Notes: generated by a model not told the origin, from the sequence alone. Counted from the first letter of the stretch, positions 52,840 through 62,221 are shown. The stretch is DNA of 64,000 bases from an uncultured Methanoregulaceae archaeon (GCA_963717525.1 OY970343.1:2016001-2080000); one strand, 5' to 3'. Numbers and translations: made by a program.

Positions 52840-52924
52840 CGCCGAGGGGGAGATTTGAACTCCCGAGGCGCGAAGCGCCAGTAGCTTTCGAGGCTACCGC
52901 CTTCCCGGGCTAGACTACCTCGGC
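52840..52924 (-). tRNA. tRNA-Ser(CGA)
   Basis: Reverse strand GCCGAGGTAGTCTAGCCCGGGAAGGCGGTAGCCTCGAAAGCTACTGGCGCTTCGCGCCTCGGGAGTTCAAATCTCCCCCTCGGCG: acceptor stem, GTAGC/GCTAC anticodon stem with CGA, long variable arm, GTTCAAATC T-loop. Confidence 0.96.
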
Positions 52925-53082
52925 ACCCGGTTCAGATCATTTTCTTTGCGATTCCACTAATAGTTATCCCTGTATTTTCTCCCGCCCGGCAGAGGCCGGC
53001 ACTTCGTACAGGAACGGGGGTGCCGCTCGATGGTTTGCAAAAACAGACCATTAAAAAGATGGCTGGATATTTTTGCCCGGGC

Positions 53083-54681
53083 CTACGCCATGGGCGGCAT
53101 GGACGGGGCATTCTTGGACTGCGTAATCATCATGTCGTCGACACGGATCAGCATGATGGCAGTCTCGGAGGCACTCTCAATAGACTGGCGCTTTGACCGG
53201 AGCGGTTCAAGCACTCCCTCGCCGAGCATATCGATGATCTCGCCGTTATAGACGTTGAGACCGGCAGTCTTCTTGCCCTTTGCATGGGCGTTCTTGAGCG
53301 CTACCAGCTTGTCGATCGAATTGTACCCGGAGTTCTCTGCAAGAGTACGGGGGATCGTCTCAAAAGCCTTCGCATACCCCTCGATTGCAAGCTGCACACG
53401 GCCTCCGACCGTCTCTGCGTAGTCCCGGATCTTCATCAAAAGCTCGGTCTCGACTGCACCTCCGCCGACAACATAGGTCCCGTCCTCGATTGCGTCCATG
53501 ACCACGCGGGTACCGTCAACGACCGCACGCTCGAGTTCGTCGAGCAGGTAGTCGCTTGTGCCCCGGATGAGGATGGTAATGGCCTTGGGGTTCTTGCAGC
53601 CGGAGATCCGGGTGATGTCGGTGTCGTTGTCCTCTTCGACAACCTCTGCATGACCGAGATCTTTTGCGGTCAGGTCTTCGGGCTTGTTGACAATATTTGC
53701 ATTCAGCGCCCGGGCGGCATACTTGAGATCCTTTTCCGGGACATCCTCAACCGCATAGATGCCGTTCTTGGCAAGGAAGAACTGGACCGGGTCTGCGATG
53801 CCTTTCTGGCAGAACACCACGTTCGCCCCGGCATTAACGATAGCATCGGCGAGCTTCCTCAGGGTTGCCCGCTCCTGTTCGGAGAAGGCAGCAATCTGGT
53901 CGGCAGTCGTGATCTTGATCTTCGCCTTTACCTGCGTTTTTGTGATCTCCATGGGAGTCGCGATGAGCGCGATCCTGGCCGCAGTAACTTTCTTTGGCAT
54001 ATCTTCGCTGACCCGTTTCTTGTCAAGGATGATGCCCCGGACGAGTTCGGCGTCGTTCATCGACCGGCCCTTCTGCTTCTTGATCATCACGTCGTCTTCA
54101 TCGGCGAGGTACTTGCCGTTCGTCTTCTCCGCGATGGCCATCACTGCGTCAACGATGATGCCGTCGAGTTTTTCCTTGACCGATTCGATTGATTTGCCGG
54201 TGATCGCGGTGTCGGCAATCTTCAAGAGCGTCTTTCTGTCCCTGGGATCTACCTTGAAGGAGAGCGCGTCGGTAATTTCGAGCGCCTTTTGCATACCCTG
54301 CCGGTATCCCTGTGCGATTACGGTCGGGTGGATGCCCTGCTCCAGCAGGTCCTCTGCCTGCTCCATCAGCGACCCGGCAATGACAACGGCCGTGGTGGTT
54401 CCGTCCCCGACCTCGTCATCCTGGGTCTTTGCCACTTCGATGACCATCTTCGCACCGGGGTGCTGGACCGAGATTTCCTGTAATATTGTCGCGCCGTCAT
54501 TGGTGATGACAATGTCACCGGTTGAATCGACGAGCATCTTGTCCATGCCCCGGGGGCCCAGCGTTGTCCGGACCGCACCGGCAATCGCTTTTGCGGCCAT
54601 GATATTCGAGCGCTGTGCCTCCTTGCCGGTGTTACGCTCCACATTGTCTCGTAAAATGATGATTGGTTGACCAGATAACAT
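53083..54681 (-). CDS. ths: Thermosome subunit (group II chaperonin)
   Basis: TLGPRGMDKM, ITNDGATIL, GDGTTT, GGGAVE. Confidence 0.96.
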   Translation of the reverse strand: MLSGQPIIILRDNVERNTGKEAQRSNIMAAKAIAGAVRTTLGPRGMDKMLVDSTGDIVITNDGATILQEISVQHPGAKMVIEVAKTQDDEVGDGTTTAVVIAGSLMEQAEDLLEQGIHPTVIAQGYRQGMQKALEITDALSFKVDPRDRKTLLKIADTAITGKSIESVKEKLDGIIVDAVMAIAEKTNGKYLADEDDVMIKKQKGRSMNDAELVRGIILDKKRVSEDMPKKVTAARIALIATPMEITKTQVKAKIKITTADQIAAFSEQERATLRKLADAIVNAGANVVFCQKGIADPVQFFLAKNGIYAVEDVPEKDLKYAARALNANIVNKPEDLTAKDLGHAEVVEEDNDTDITRISGCKNPKAITILIRGTSDYLLDELERAVVDGTRVVMDAIEDGTYVVGGGAVETELLMKIRDYAETVGGRVQLAIEGYAKAFETIPRTLAENSGYNSIDKLVALKNAHAKGKKTAGLNVYNGEIIDMLGEGVLEPLRSKRQSIESASETAIMLIRVDDMMITQSKNAPSMPPMA

Positions 54682-54734
54682 AGGTGATCCTCTAATGCTG
54701 TAAAAGGTGGAATTGAACTTCTATATATATCATT

Positions 54735-54757
54735 CCCTTAGTGGTTCTGTTGCGTCT
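54735..54757. repeat. Left target-site duplication CCCTTAGT (54735-54742) and left terminal inverted repeat GGTTCTGTTGCGTCT (54743-54757)
   Basis: Exact reverse complement of 61053-61067; the same 8-mer follows the right end. Confidence 0.93.
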
Positions 54758-54876
54758 TAGGTTGATCGTTGCATTTGCCCCATGCTGTTGCATCGCGGTT
54801 GATATGCGCGCGGGTGTCTTGATGCATTATTCCTATTTTAATAAAAATTATTAAAATAGAAATGGCTATTAGGATT

Positions 54877-55158
54877 ATGAGCTCAATCGAATCATCTTTT
54901 GCTAATGTGTGGGATTCGGTTTGTAAACACGAGGGAGAACTTTTCCATACCAAAACAGGATTGCCATTTACTTACTGGACAAAAGGAACCTCGTTATACG
55001 TCGATAGAACAACATGGGCAATAAATCGCAAAAACCTATTATATGCCTACGGGTTGTGGCCGGTATCTGGACCCGGTGTTTTTAATAATGCTGTTAGAGG
55101 GCCTGCATATGTTTGGGCGATTTTTGCTGATGGTAGGATCATAAAAACCGGAGATTGA
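54877..55158 (+). CDS. Small hypothetical protein coupled to HNH gene
   Basis: 93-aa ORF (FHTKTGLPFTY...RGPAYVWAIF.D.RI); stop 1 nt before the HNH start. Confidence 0.6.
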   Translation: MSSIESSFANVWDSVCKHEGELFHTKTGLPFTYWTKGTSLYVDRTTWAINRKNLLYAYGLWPVSGPGVFNNAVRGPAYVWAIFADGRIIKTGD

Positions 55159-55159
55159 T

Positions 55160-55933
55160 ATGATTAACGTTATTCTATCGAATTTAGAATCTATCAAGAA
55201 ACGGCATTATGCCCAAAAAGCAAAATCTACCGGTTATTGGGTTGCATTTTATGAAAGTGTATTAAACAGATATAAAGCACAATTCGGAGAGGATTTTAAT
55301 TTAATTATATATGGTGACGAGAATCTCCGAGATGATTTTTTCTCCATTCCTTATATACAACTAAAAGATTTCTTGACAGAACCCCATATAGACGAACAAA
55401 AACGAAGATGGGTTTTCAGCATTGAAAACAACATACTCCGAGCACATCGAAATCCCAAGAGAGTTGATATAATGGAATTTCGTGGGAATATAATTGACAT
55501 TCAACCATTATACCAATATCAAACAGTCAAAGATTTGAATAAACTACAGCAGAGGAAAGAAGATACTTTTCAAAAGGACGCCGAATGGTTAAGCCAAGAA
55601 GAATTGATGAGGCGGATTCAATCGCTAGATAGGGGGGCAACACACAGGGAAGGGACCACAAAATATTATCAAAGAAGAGCGATTGTATCCGAATATGCTA
55701 AGAGAAGGGCAAATGGAATATGTCAATTATGCCAACACCCGGCGCCTTTTGTCGATATAAGGAATAAGCCATATCTTGAAGCCCACCATGTGATTTGGTT
55801 GTCCAGAAATGGGGACGATACACCTGAAAATACTGCGGCATTATGTCCGAATTGCCATAGAAAAATGCACATATTGAATATAACATCTGATCAAGAAATT
55901 ATTTTATCAAGAATTTCTGGTGGGGGAGAATAA
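55160..55933 (+). CDS. HNH endonuclease (McrA-like C-terminus)
   Basis: RANGICQLC...PYLEAHHVIWLS..G.D..EN..ALCPNCHRKMH. Confidence 0.88.
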   Translation: MINVILSNLESIKKRHYAQKAKSTGYWVAFYESVLNRYKAQFGEDFNLIIYGDENLRDDFFSIPYIQLKDFLTEPHIDEQKRRWVFSIENNILRAHRNPKRVDIMEFRGNIIDIQPLYQYQTVKDLNKLQQRKEDTFQKDAEWLSQEELMRRIQSLDRGATHREGTTKYYQRRAIVSEYAKRRANGICQLCQHPAPFVDIRNKPYLEAHHVIWLSRNGDDTPENTAALCPNCHRKMHILNITSDQEIILSRISGGGE

Positions 55934-55944
55934 ACAAAACAGTC

Positions 55945-56343
55945 CTATTCTCCCCAGTGACCGAATTCAATTAAGTCGCTTAATAAATCAAGACGGCGCT
56001 TATTCTCAACGGTATTTCGAGAATATCTGCGATATTCTTGGTAAAATTTCTCGGCCTCTTCTCGCGTCTCGATAATATACATGCCTTTATTCTTATTCGA
56101 AGCAATGAATATCCCCTCTCCGCGAAGTTTTCCCAAGACATAAATTTCCCACGAGTGGCGACTTATTTTGTGCCCTCTTTCTTTTAAAACTTTCACGATG
56201 GTGTCTGTGGGAACAGCATTTTTTATTCCAATGGAATTCTCCAACAAATAACCAACAGTATCTGTCATAACATCGACATATTTGTCGTCAGATAATTCAC
56301 CAGCAAATTCGAGAAATTCCTTAGCGGCGGTAACAAATGGCAT
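55945..56343 (-). CDS. Hypothetical protein, probable winged HTH
   Basis: Helical core then IASNKNKGMYII wing-like motif; last gene of the R-M operon. Confidence 0.55.
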   Translation of the reverse strand: MPFVTAAKEFLEFAGELSDDKYVDVMTDTVGYLLENSIGIKNAVPTDTIVKVLKERGHKISRHSWEIYVLGKLRGEGIFIASNKNKGMYIIETREEAEKFYQEYRRYSRNTVENKRRLDLLSDLIEFGHWGE

Positions 56344-56358
56344 ATGACCATCCCAATA

Positions 56359-56964
56359 TTAAGATGATGCAATTAGTAAATCCCCGGCATATAAAGCCTT
56401 ATTATTTGAGTTAAATTCTAGCTTTATGTCCATTTGATTAAGAGAATAAAGATCACAAAGTTTCCATCCCACGACTCTCCAATATTTTTCTTTCTCCTCG
56501 ACAATATTCCATGCGATTAACAGATGCCTTGCGGAAGATTTAATTTTGTTTCCATTTGTGTAGTAAAAAGATCTGAATTGGCTATCCCAATCTTTACTAA
56601 TGGCCTTTGATTCGAGATATGTAACCCTACCTGATTGATCTTTTATCATAATATCGGGATATCCAGATTTACTCAACAAAGTTGGTGTAAGTACCGATTT
56701 TTTCAATTCTTCAACAAAGGCCTCTTCTATCCTTTTCCCAACATCATTTATTCTGCCTCCCTCATACCGTTGATGAGTCCTTGTAGTGTATGCGATAAAA
56801 TTCCTCGCCGATTTTACAATCTCTTCGTTAAGGGATTTATCTAATTCCGTATTTAGATCAAGTCTAACAACATCAAGTCCCGTCGTCGATTTTACTAGCT
56901 CGGGGAATGATATTTGCCCGGTTAATTCGGAAACATCACTCATAAGTCCTTGAACGGTCGGCAT
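56359..56964 (-). CDS. Type II restriction endonuclease, PD-(D/E)XK, MjaV-like
   Basis: RINDVG, GYPDI...YLESK, FRSFY, KLEFNSNN; recalled resemblance to R.MjaV; adjacent to the MTase. Confidence 0.75.
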   Translation of the reverse strand: MPTVQGLMSDVSELTGQISFPELVKSTTGLDVVRLDLNTELDKSLNEEIVKSARNFIAYTTRTHQRYEGGRINDVGKRIEEAFVEELKKSVLTPTLLSKSGYPDIMIKDQSGRVTYLESKAISKDWDSQFRSFYYTNGNKIKSSARHLLIAWNIVEEKEKYWRVVGWKLCDLYSLNQMDIKLEFNSNNKALYAGDLLIASS

Positions 56965-56985
56965 AAAACAATAATAGTATTGTAA

Positions 56986-57843
56986 TTATTTTAAATATTT
57001 TAAAAGACCTTTGCTCTTTTTTAATCGCTCATTTGAAATTCTCTCATTGGCGAGATCGATGTACTCTTTGTCAATTTCAAATCCGATATAGTTGATACCC
57101 AGTCTAACGGCAGCTACGGCTGTTGTTCCAATTCCCATAAATGGATCGAGAACGAGCGTATCTTTGCAGATTCCGTCGTGATCTTTTATACACATCTCGG
57201 GTAATCCAACTGGGAACGCACTGGGGTGGGGCCTTGATTCTTGGATCGTTTCATATGGAATGAACCAGGTATTGCCTCGGTCTCTCAAATCGCCGCCATT
57301 TGTCGATTTCCATCTTTTTATATTGCTTTTATCTTGATAGGGAACACCGATAGCTAATTTGTCTAGAGGGACGCGGCCGGTTTTTGTAAAGTGGAAAATA
57401 AATTCGTGGCAATCGTGGTGAAATCTCTTACTGTTAATTGGCTTATAATGCCCAACGGCAACATCGGCTTTAATGTGTGGGTATTTGCCCATACATTCTT
57501 TTGGTATTGCTATCGATTTCACCCAATGAATCATATTCTGAAGGGCGAAATGTTTCCGAAAGACATTTGCAACATCTATTGGTGTCCAAGGATCCGTGAC
57601 GGTTCCACCAACATTTAGGAAAAACGATCCGTCATTTTTCATTACTTTTTTAGAGGCTATCGCTACATCTTCCATCCATTCAAGATATTCATCCCCCGAT
57701 TTTGTATCCTGATATGTTTTGTAGGCTATTCCAATATTGTAAGGTGGCGACGTTACAATTAAATCAACAGAATCCGCACCCAGTTTTTCAAATCCTTTTA
57801 AACAATCCATTTTGTATATTTTATTGGGGACCAACTTTTCCAT
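56986..57843 (-). CDS. Beta-class N4-cytosine DNA methyltransferase, M.MjaV-like (predicted GTAC)
   Basis: TSPPY before DPFMGIGT (beta order); the region VGHYKPINS...[18 protein letters not shown]...[15 protein letters not shown] closely matches M.MjaV as recalled. Confidence 0.88.
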   Translation of the reverse strand: MEKLVPNKIYKMDCLKGFEKLGADSVDLIVTSPPYNIGIAYKTYQDTKSGDEYLEWMEDVAIASKKVMKNDGSFFLNVGGTVTDPWTPIDVANVFRKHFALQNMIHWVKSIAIPKECMGKYPHIKADVAVGHYKPINSKRFHHDCHEFIFHFTKTGRVPLDKLAIGVPYQDKSNIKRWKSTNGGDLRDRGNTWFIPYETIQESRPHPSAFPVGLPEMCIKDHDGICKDTLVLDPFMGIGTTAVAAVRLGINYIGFEIDKEYIDLANERISNERLKKSKGLLKYLK

Positions 57844-57852
57844 GATTGAACG

Positions 57853-58035
57853 TCACCCCTCCTTTCTGATTGGTTTCACAACTAAATGATCCCCCTCTAT
57901 AATCCATTCAAGAGAATCGCCTTTCTGCAAGTTGAATTGGTTTTTGATAAACGAAGGTACTGTAGTTCTCAGCGAGTCTCCAGAAGATGTTGCTGGATTT
58001 AAGATTGTCTCGTTAGCTCGCGGATTTTTTGGCAT
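57853..58035 (-). CDS. AbrB/MazE/SpoVT-type DNA-binding protein
   Basis: SLRTTVP..I...FNLQKGDSLEW swapped-hairpin signature; first gene of the R-M operon. Confidence 0.8.
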   Translation of the reverse strand: MPKNPRANETILNPATSSGDSLRTTVPSFIKNQFNLQKGDSLEWIIEGDHLVVKPIRKEG

Positions 58036-58074
58036 AATGTAATGGTATATCTATCTTATACATTATAAATTTTG

Positions 58075-58181
58075 TTACCTTATATACTATAACTCAATTT
58101 ACCTTATGGATTGTTTATTTACCTAATGGGTTACCAATAAGTTTATTACCTTGTATGACTTATAGGTAAATAGAGAGGTAA
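58075..58181. promoter_or_regulatory. Array of TTACC(T) motifs in the divergent abrB/transposase promoter region
   Basis: TTACC at 58075, 58099, 58119, 58131, 58146 and inverted AGGTAA at 58164, 58176. Confidence 0.6.
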
Positions 58182-58186
58182 ATTAA

Positions 58187-59371
58187 ATGAAGCAACTAAC
58201 CGACCCAAGAGAATTAAGAGGACTGGCAATCATCAGCCAGCCCAACACCGTTATCCAGACCGGTGAAAATGAATGGGACGTTCGATCACAATCAAAGGAT
58301 GCCTATTACGTCGTATCCAGAACTTTCCCGTCAGACCGGAAGGCTCGCATCCTCTCACAGGCAACATGGACATGCTCGTGCCCCGACTTCCAGACCCGCC
58401 ATATGCCGTGCAAACACATCCACGCCGTCATGCTCTCGTTAAAACTCGCCGGGGATGTAGAGGGACACAGCACACCTGCGCAGGTTAAAAATGCCGAGCC
58501 AACGATCCTGTGCCCGGCCTGCAAGTCTGCAAGCGTCAGGAAATGGGGGAGCCGCAAGACCCAGTACGGAACCATCCAGCGGTACGCCTGCCATGAATGC
58601 GGCCATACCTTTGTGATCGATAAAGGATTCTCCAAGATGAAAAACAGCCCCAAAACGATCACCCTCACCCTTGACCTTTACTTCAAGGGGGTATCCCTGA
58701 GGAAGATCGCCGACCATCTTACACAGGTTGAAAGCGTCTCCGTCAATCAGGCAACCATTCTCCGGTGGATTCGCAAGTACCTGAAACTGCTATCGGGATA
58801 TGCTGAGAAGTACAAGGCTGATGTCGGAAACATCTGGCACTGTGATGAGACAACGGTATTCATCAAAAAAGAAGGCGAGAAAAAGTATTACGAGTGGATC
58901 TGGAACCTGATGGATGCAAAGACACGATACCTTCTTGCTTGCCAAGTCACTGAAACCCGGTACATCAAGGATGCGCGCAGACCGCTGAGCAAAGCCAAGG
59001 AAGTTACGGAAGTTCGACCGGATGCGATTGTGACCGATGGACTCATGGCATACAAGGACGCGATAAAGGCAGAATATTTTGGACTCGGCAGAATCCAGAA
59101 CCCCCATATCCGCCTTAAGGACTTTGAAACTAAGCCGAATAACAATATCCTTGAACGCCTGAATGGAACATTCCGAGAGCGCACGAAAGTTATGCGAAGC
59201 TTCGACAGTGGGATTGGCGCGGCGGAATTTGCCGCTGGAATGCAGACATATTACAACTATATCCGCCCCCATCAGGGAATCGGTGGAATGGTACCTGCGC
59301 AGATGGCAAACATTCCACTGGATTTAACCGGTAACCGCTGGATGACAATGATTGGGTTGGCGGTAAAGTGA
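58187..59371 (+). CDS. IS6/IS240-like DDE transposase with N-terminal SWIM and Zn-ribbon domains
   Basis: SWIM CSC..F....CKH, CPAC...CHEC ribbon, HTH, WHCDET / VTDG / NNILERLN catalytic triad, YYNYIRPH. Confidence 0.9.
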   Translation: MKQLTDPRELRGLAIISQPNTVIQTGENEWDVRSQSKDAYYVVSRTFPSDRKARILSQATWTCSCPDFQTRHMPCKHIHAVMLSLKLAGDVEGHSTPAQVKNAEPTILCPACKSASVRKWGSRKTQYGTIQRYACHECGHTFVIDKGFSKMKNSPKTITLTLDLYFKGVSLRKIADHLTQVESVSVNQATILRWIRKYLKLLSGYAEKYKADVGNIWHCDETTVFIKKEGEKKYYEWIWNLMDAKTRYLLACQVTETRYIKDARRPLSKAKEVTEVRPDAIVTDGLMAYKDAIKAEYFGLGRIQNPHIRLKDFETKPNNNILERLNGTFRERTKVMRSFDSGIGAAEFAAGMQTYYNYIRPHQGIGGMVPAQMANIPLDLTGNRWMTMIGLAVK

Positions 59372-59444
59372 GCTTTAAAGGAAACGTTTAATATTTTGAT
59401 TTTATAATGTTAATTACAAATATACTGTCTGTTAAGGTGCAAAA

Positions 59445-59972
59445 TTGGATTTTTTTATCGATTCTGGAGTTGTTATAGGGTATTCTGACACAGGGGATGA
59501 AAAATTTCATGACCCATGCAAAGAATTTATAAGAAAATTCCCTCCAAAAGAAAACGGGTATCATTCGATAAAATATATTGTAAATGAAGAAATACGGAGT
59601 ACTGAAAAGAAGAGACTCGAACAAAGAAAGAAAAATGCACTCAAACTATTCCCACAACGTGCGAAAATATTTTGTGATTTAATAAACGATGTTGCAAATA
59701 AATCGCATTTGTCATTTGATACTCTTTTTAAACAAATACATGATTATTTAATAGCGGTTCGTACTGACCTTAAAAGAAAAGAACACGATGCGAAATTGTT
59801 AACGAGTGCTTTTATTTGGGCATATGAAGATGGAACCTTACAAAATCCTCATTTCATTACTACGGATTGGACGGATATTTGTAAAAACAAACCTAAACTT
59901 TATAGTTTTGTAACGTCTTGTCTCCCTAAAAACTGTTTAAAGATAAGTTTTGTTATCGACTGCGTCTCTTAA
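59445..59972 (+). CDS. PIN-domain-like protein
   Basis: FFIDSGVVIG N-terminal Asp, EE, HDAKLL, FITTD..D acidic pattern; TTG start. Confidence 0.65.
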   Translation: MDFFIDSGVVIGYSDTGDEKFHDPCKEFIRKFPPKENGYHSIKYIVNEEIRSTEKKRLEQRKKNALKLFPQRAKIFCDLINDVANKSHLSFDTLFKQIHDYLIAVRTDLKRKEHDAKLLTSAFIWAYEDGTLQNPHFITTDWTDICKNKPKLYSFVTSCLPKNCLKISFVIDCVS

Positions 59973-60889
59973 CAGGGTTTTAACAAATTAAGTAACTCTA
60001 TTTTCTCATCTTTATTCATTTGGTTTAAGGATTTTTCAATCTCATAATCCATATCTTCGAGGGTGGGAATTAAATTATATCTTTTCACCTTATCTTTCAG
60101 TGCCGTAAAATTATTGGATAGGCCCTCTATCTTTCTTTGAGAATTGGATTCGTATGCCCCCATCTCATATTCAATATTGTCCCCTTTTAACGTGAGAACA
60201 AATGGGAAAATAAATGTGGATATTTCGTTTTCATACATGTTATTGAAGTCAGAGAGGATTTCTTTTACATGGTTAAAATTGGTGTCTCTGTTTCTACAAA
60301 CCATCAAAACACCTTCAAGTAGATCCATGTAATCAAAATAGAGAGGCAAATATTTTTCGTCAACGTGGTTTAATGTGGAATCGAGATTTGAAATTATATC
60401 CGAAAACGTATCATAGAATTTTCCTATATCAACCTTTTTACATTCTGACGCTTCCCCAATTATATCATGAAAAGCGTCATGCCATTTGTATAATGCTTGA
60501 TATTCTGGGGATATCCTATCCTCGTGTGCATATTTTAAAAATTTTTTCCAAGTTCCTGTCATTATTGGTTTCAAGGTGACGATGATGGGCTTTACCATTT
60601 CAACAATTTCAAAATTCACAATACTTTTGTTGATATTTGCTCCATGAAGAGAGCGCGTTACAAAAATTGGTTTTGTTATGCTATGCGCCTGAAAAGAAAA
60701 TTCTCCATGTTTAAAACACCCGTATGAAATTTGACGATACCCAAGATCTTCAATTGATCTTACAACTAGCTTCACAGCTTTGGTTAGAACAACCTTTTTC
60801 CTTTTAGTGGAATACTCTTCATGAGCGGCAAAAAGGATTGAGTTTATTATAACACTTGGTGGGAGTTTGTTGATATCTTCGATATCCAT
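59969..60889 (-). CDS. Hypothetical protein with weak SocA/Panacea-like N-terminus
   Basis: LTKAVKLV...YGCFKHGEFS resembles the Panacea KL..Y...W..GP motif; start uncertain (60889 or 61018). Confidence 0.5.
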   Translation of the reverse strand: MDIEDINKLPPSVIINSILFAAHEEYSTKRKKVVLTKAVKLVVRSIEDLGYRQISYGCFKHGEFSFQAHSITKPIFVTRSLHGANINKSIVNFEIVEMVKPIIVTLKPIMTGTWKKFLKYAHEDRISPEYQALYKWHDAFHDIIGEASECKKVDIGKFYDTFSDIISNLDSTLNHVDEKYLPLYFDYMDLLEGVLMVCRNRDTNFNHVKEILSDFNNMYENEISTFIFPFVLTLKGDNIEYEMGAYESNSQRKIEGLSNNFTALKDKVKRYNLIPTLEDMDYEIEKSLNQMNKDEKIELLNLLKPC

Positions 60890-61052
60890 TTTCCACCCGA
60901 AACTATTGTAGACACATTTCTTGAGAGGATAGATAATCCTTTTGATATAATATTTGATATTAAATAGACGCACTGCTGCCCAATATCTCTTGCTTGCGCG
61001 CGAAGGATCAACCTTCATGCAACACCAACCGACAACCCGGTTGATCCACCGC

Positions 61053-61075
61053 AGACGCAACAGAACCCCCTTAGT
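61053..61075. repeat. Right terminal inverted repeat AGACGCAACAGAACC (61053-61067) and target-site duplication CCCTTAGT (61068-61075)
   Basis: Mirror of 54735-54757. Confidence 0.93.
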
Positions 61076-61098
61076 GGCTCTCAGGAAAAAGGAATGGA

Positions 61099-61704
61099 TT
61101 AATCGATACGGGAGATCTTGAAGAGCGAATAGACCGGCACGCCATCAATATCCTTTATGCCGCGCTTGTCGAAAATGACCCATATTGCTACCGGGACTGC
61201 CCCGTGTTTCTTGAGATACTTGACGACCTCCCTCATCGTGTTCCCCGAGGTGATCACGTCATCGACAATAATGCAGCGTTCCTTTGCGACAGGAGCAAAG
61301 TTTCCGCTGATCGACCCGACCGGGTGATCGCTCGTGTTCTGCTTCGAAGGATGGTAGATGGCAAGCTGTGCCGCCTCCTGGACAGAGATGATTGTTGCAA
61401 GGGGAATGCCGGAAAGAGCAATTCCCACGATAACGTCTGCTGAGGCTGATGCCGGGTCTTCCTGTGCACCGTAATACCGGTTTAAGAGCATCAGGGCAAT
61501 CCCGTCAAGCAGCGGCGCCTGGCTGCTCACGGCAGTCCAGTCGATATGGACATCCTTTGGCGCTGCCGCCCCGCCGTTTGCCTGGGTTAAAAGCCAGGTC
61601 ACCGTTTCCATGGAAAGGGAGAGCTCGTCTGCAATCTGGCCGGGGCTGTGGCCTTCGGATAAAAGGAGTTTTGCCCGGGCTATCAGATCATCAAGGGAAG
61701 ACAT
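61099..61704 (-). CDS. gfcR: PyrE-like phosphoribosyltransferase with N-terminal HTH (GfcR family)
   Basis: [36 protein letters not shown] motif. Confidence 0.82.
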   Translation of the reverse strand: MSSLDDLIARAKLLLSEGHSPGQIADELSLSMETVTWLLTQANGGAAAPKDVHIDWTAVSSQAPLLDGIALMLLNRYYGAQEDPASASADVIVGIALSGIPLATIISVQEAAQLAIYHPSKQNTSDHPVGSISGNFAPVAKERCIIVDDVITSGNTMREVVKYLKKHGAVPVAIWVIFDKRGIKDIDGVPVYSLFKISRID

Positions 61705-61724
61705 GAAAAAAGATTTGTGGTAAT

Positions 61725-62180
61725 CTATTTAAGTTTTCGTTTAATTATTGAGCCGCAGACCGGGCATTCCCCGTCGGTTTTGAAATAACGGCCGCAGCCG
61801 CTGCACCGGTATTTCCAGCGGATTTTTTTTGCCGGCCGCTGCTGGAGCGGCTGTACGGGAATTCCGAGGCCGGCCGCTACGTTCTGGATCGCAAAATCGT
61901 CCGTGAATATGGTCGCCCCGAGCTCCCCGGCAAGGGCGAGGATATCGCAGTCGGTACCCGATATCACGGCAAGATCTCCTGACCTCCCTGCAGCAGCATG
62001 GACCCGGTCAAGTCCTCCGGAGTCCGGCTGGCAGACCCGGAGCCCGGCCTCCACGAGAAGGTCGTACCGGCATTTGCTCGTAAGGTCTTTGAGCTCAGCG
62101 ACTACGGACGGCGTGGTGTAGCACTCCCCGGTCACCGGGTAATCCGAAAAAAAGACCGTGGCATCAAGGACGCATTTCAT
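61725..62180 (-). CDS. nob1: Endoribonuclease Nob1 (PIN plus Zn ribbon)
   Basis: [21 protein letters not shown]...CPVCG. Confidence 0.9.
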   Translation of the reverse strand: MKCVLDATVFFSDYPVTGECYTTPSVVAELKDLTSKCRYDLLVEAGLRVCQPDSGGLDRVHAAAGRSGDLAVISGTDCDILALAGELGATIFTDDFAIQNVAAGLGIPVQPLQQRPAKKIRWKYRCSGCGRYFKTDGECPVCGSIIKRKLK

Positions 62181-62221
62181 GGTCGCTTCTCACCTGTACC
62201 TGGGGATAACCGGGTACCCGG

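Larger units (their letters stand above)
54743..61067. mobile_element. IS6-family cargo-carrying transposon (6,325 bp)
   Basis: 15-bp perfect (22/25 imperfect) TIRs beginning GGTTCTGTTGC, 8-bp TSD, one internal DDE transposase, AT-rich passenger genes. Confidence 0.9.

Noticed and set aside
52840..52924. tRNA-Ser as integration site for the R-M islands
   Set aside because: I found no duplicated tRNA 3' end or integrase in the window, and the 54.7-61.1 kb island is fully explained by TIRs and a TSD.
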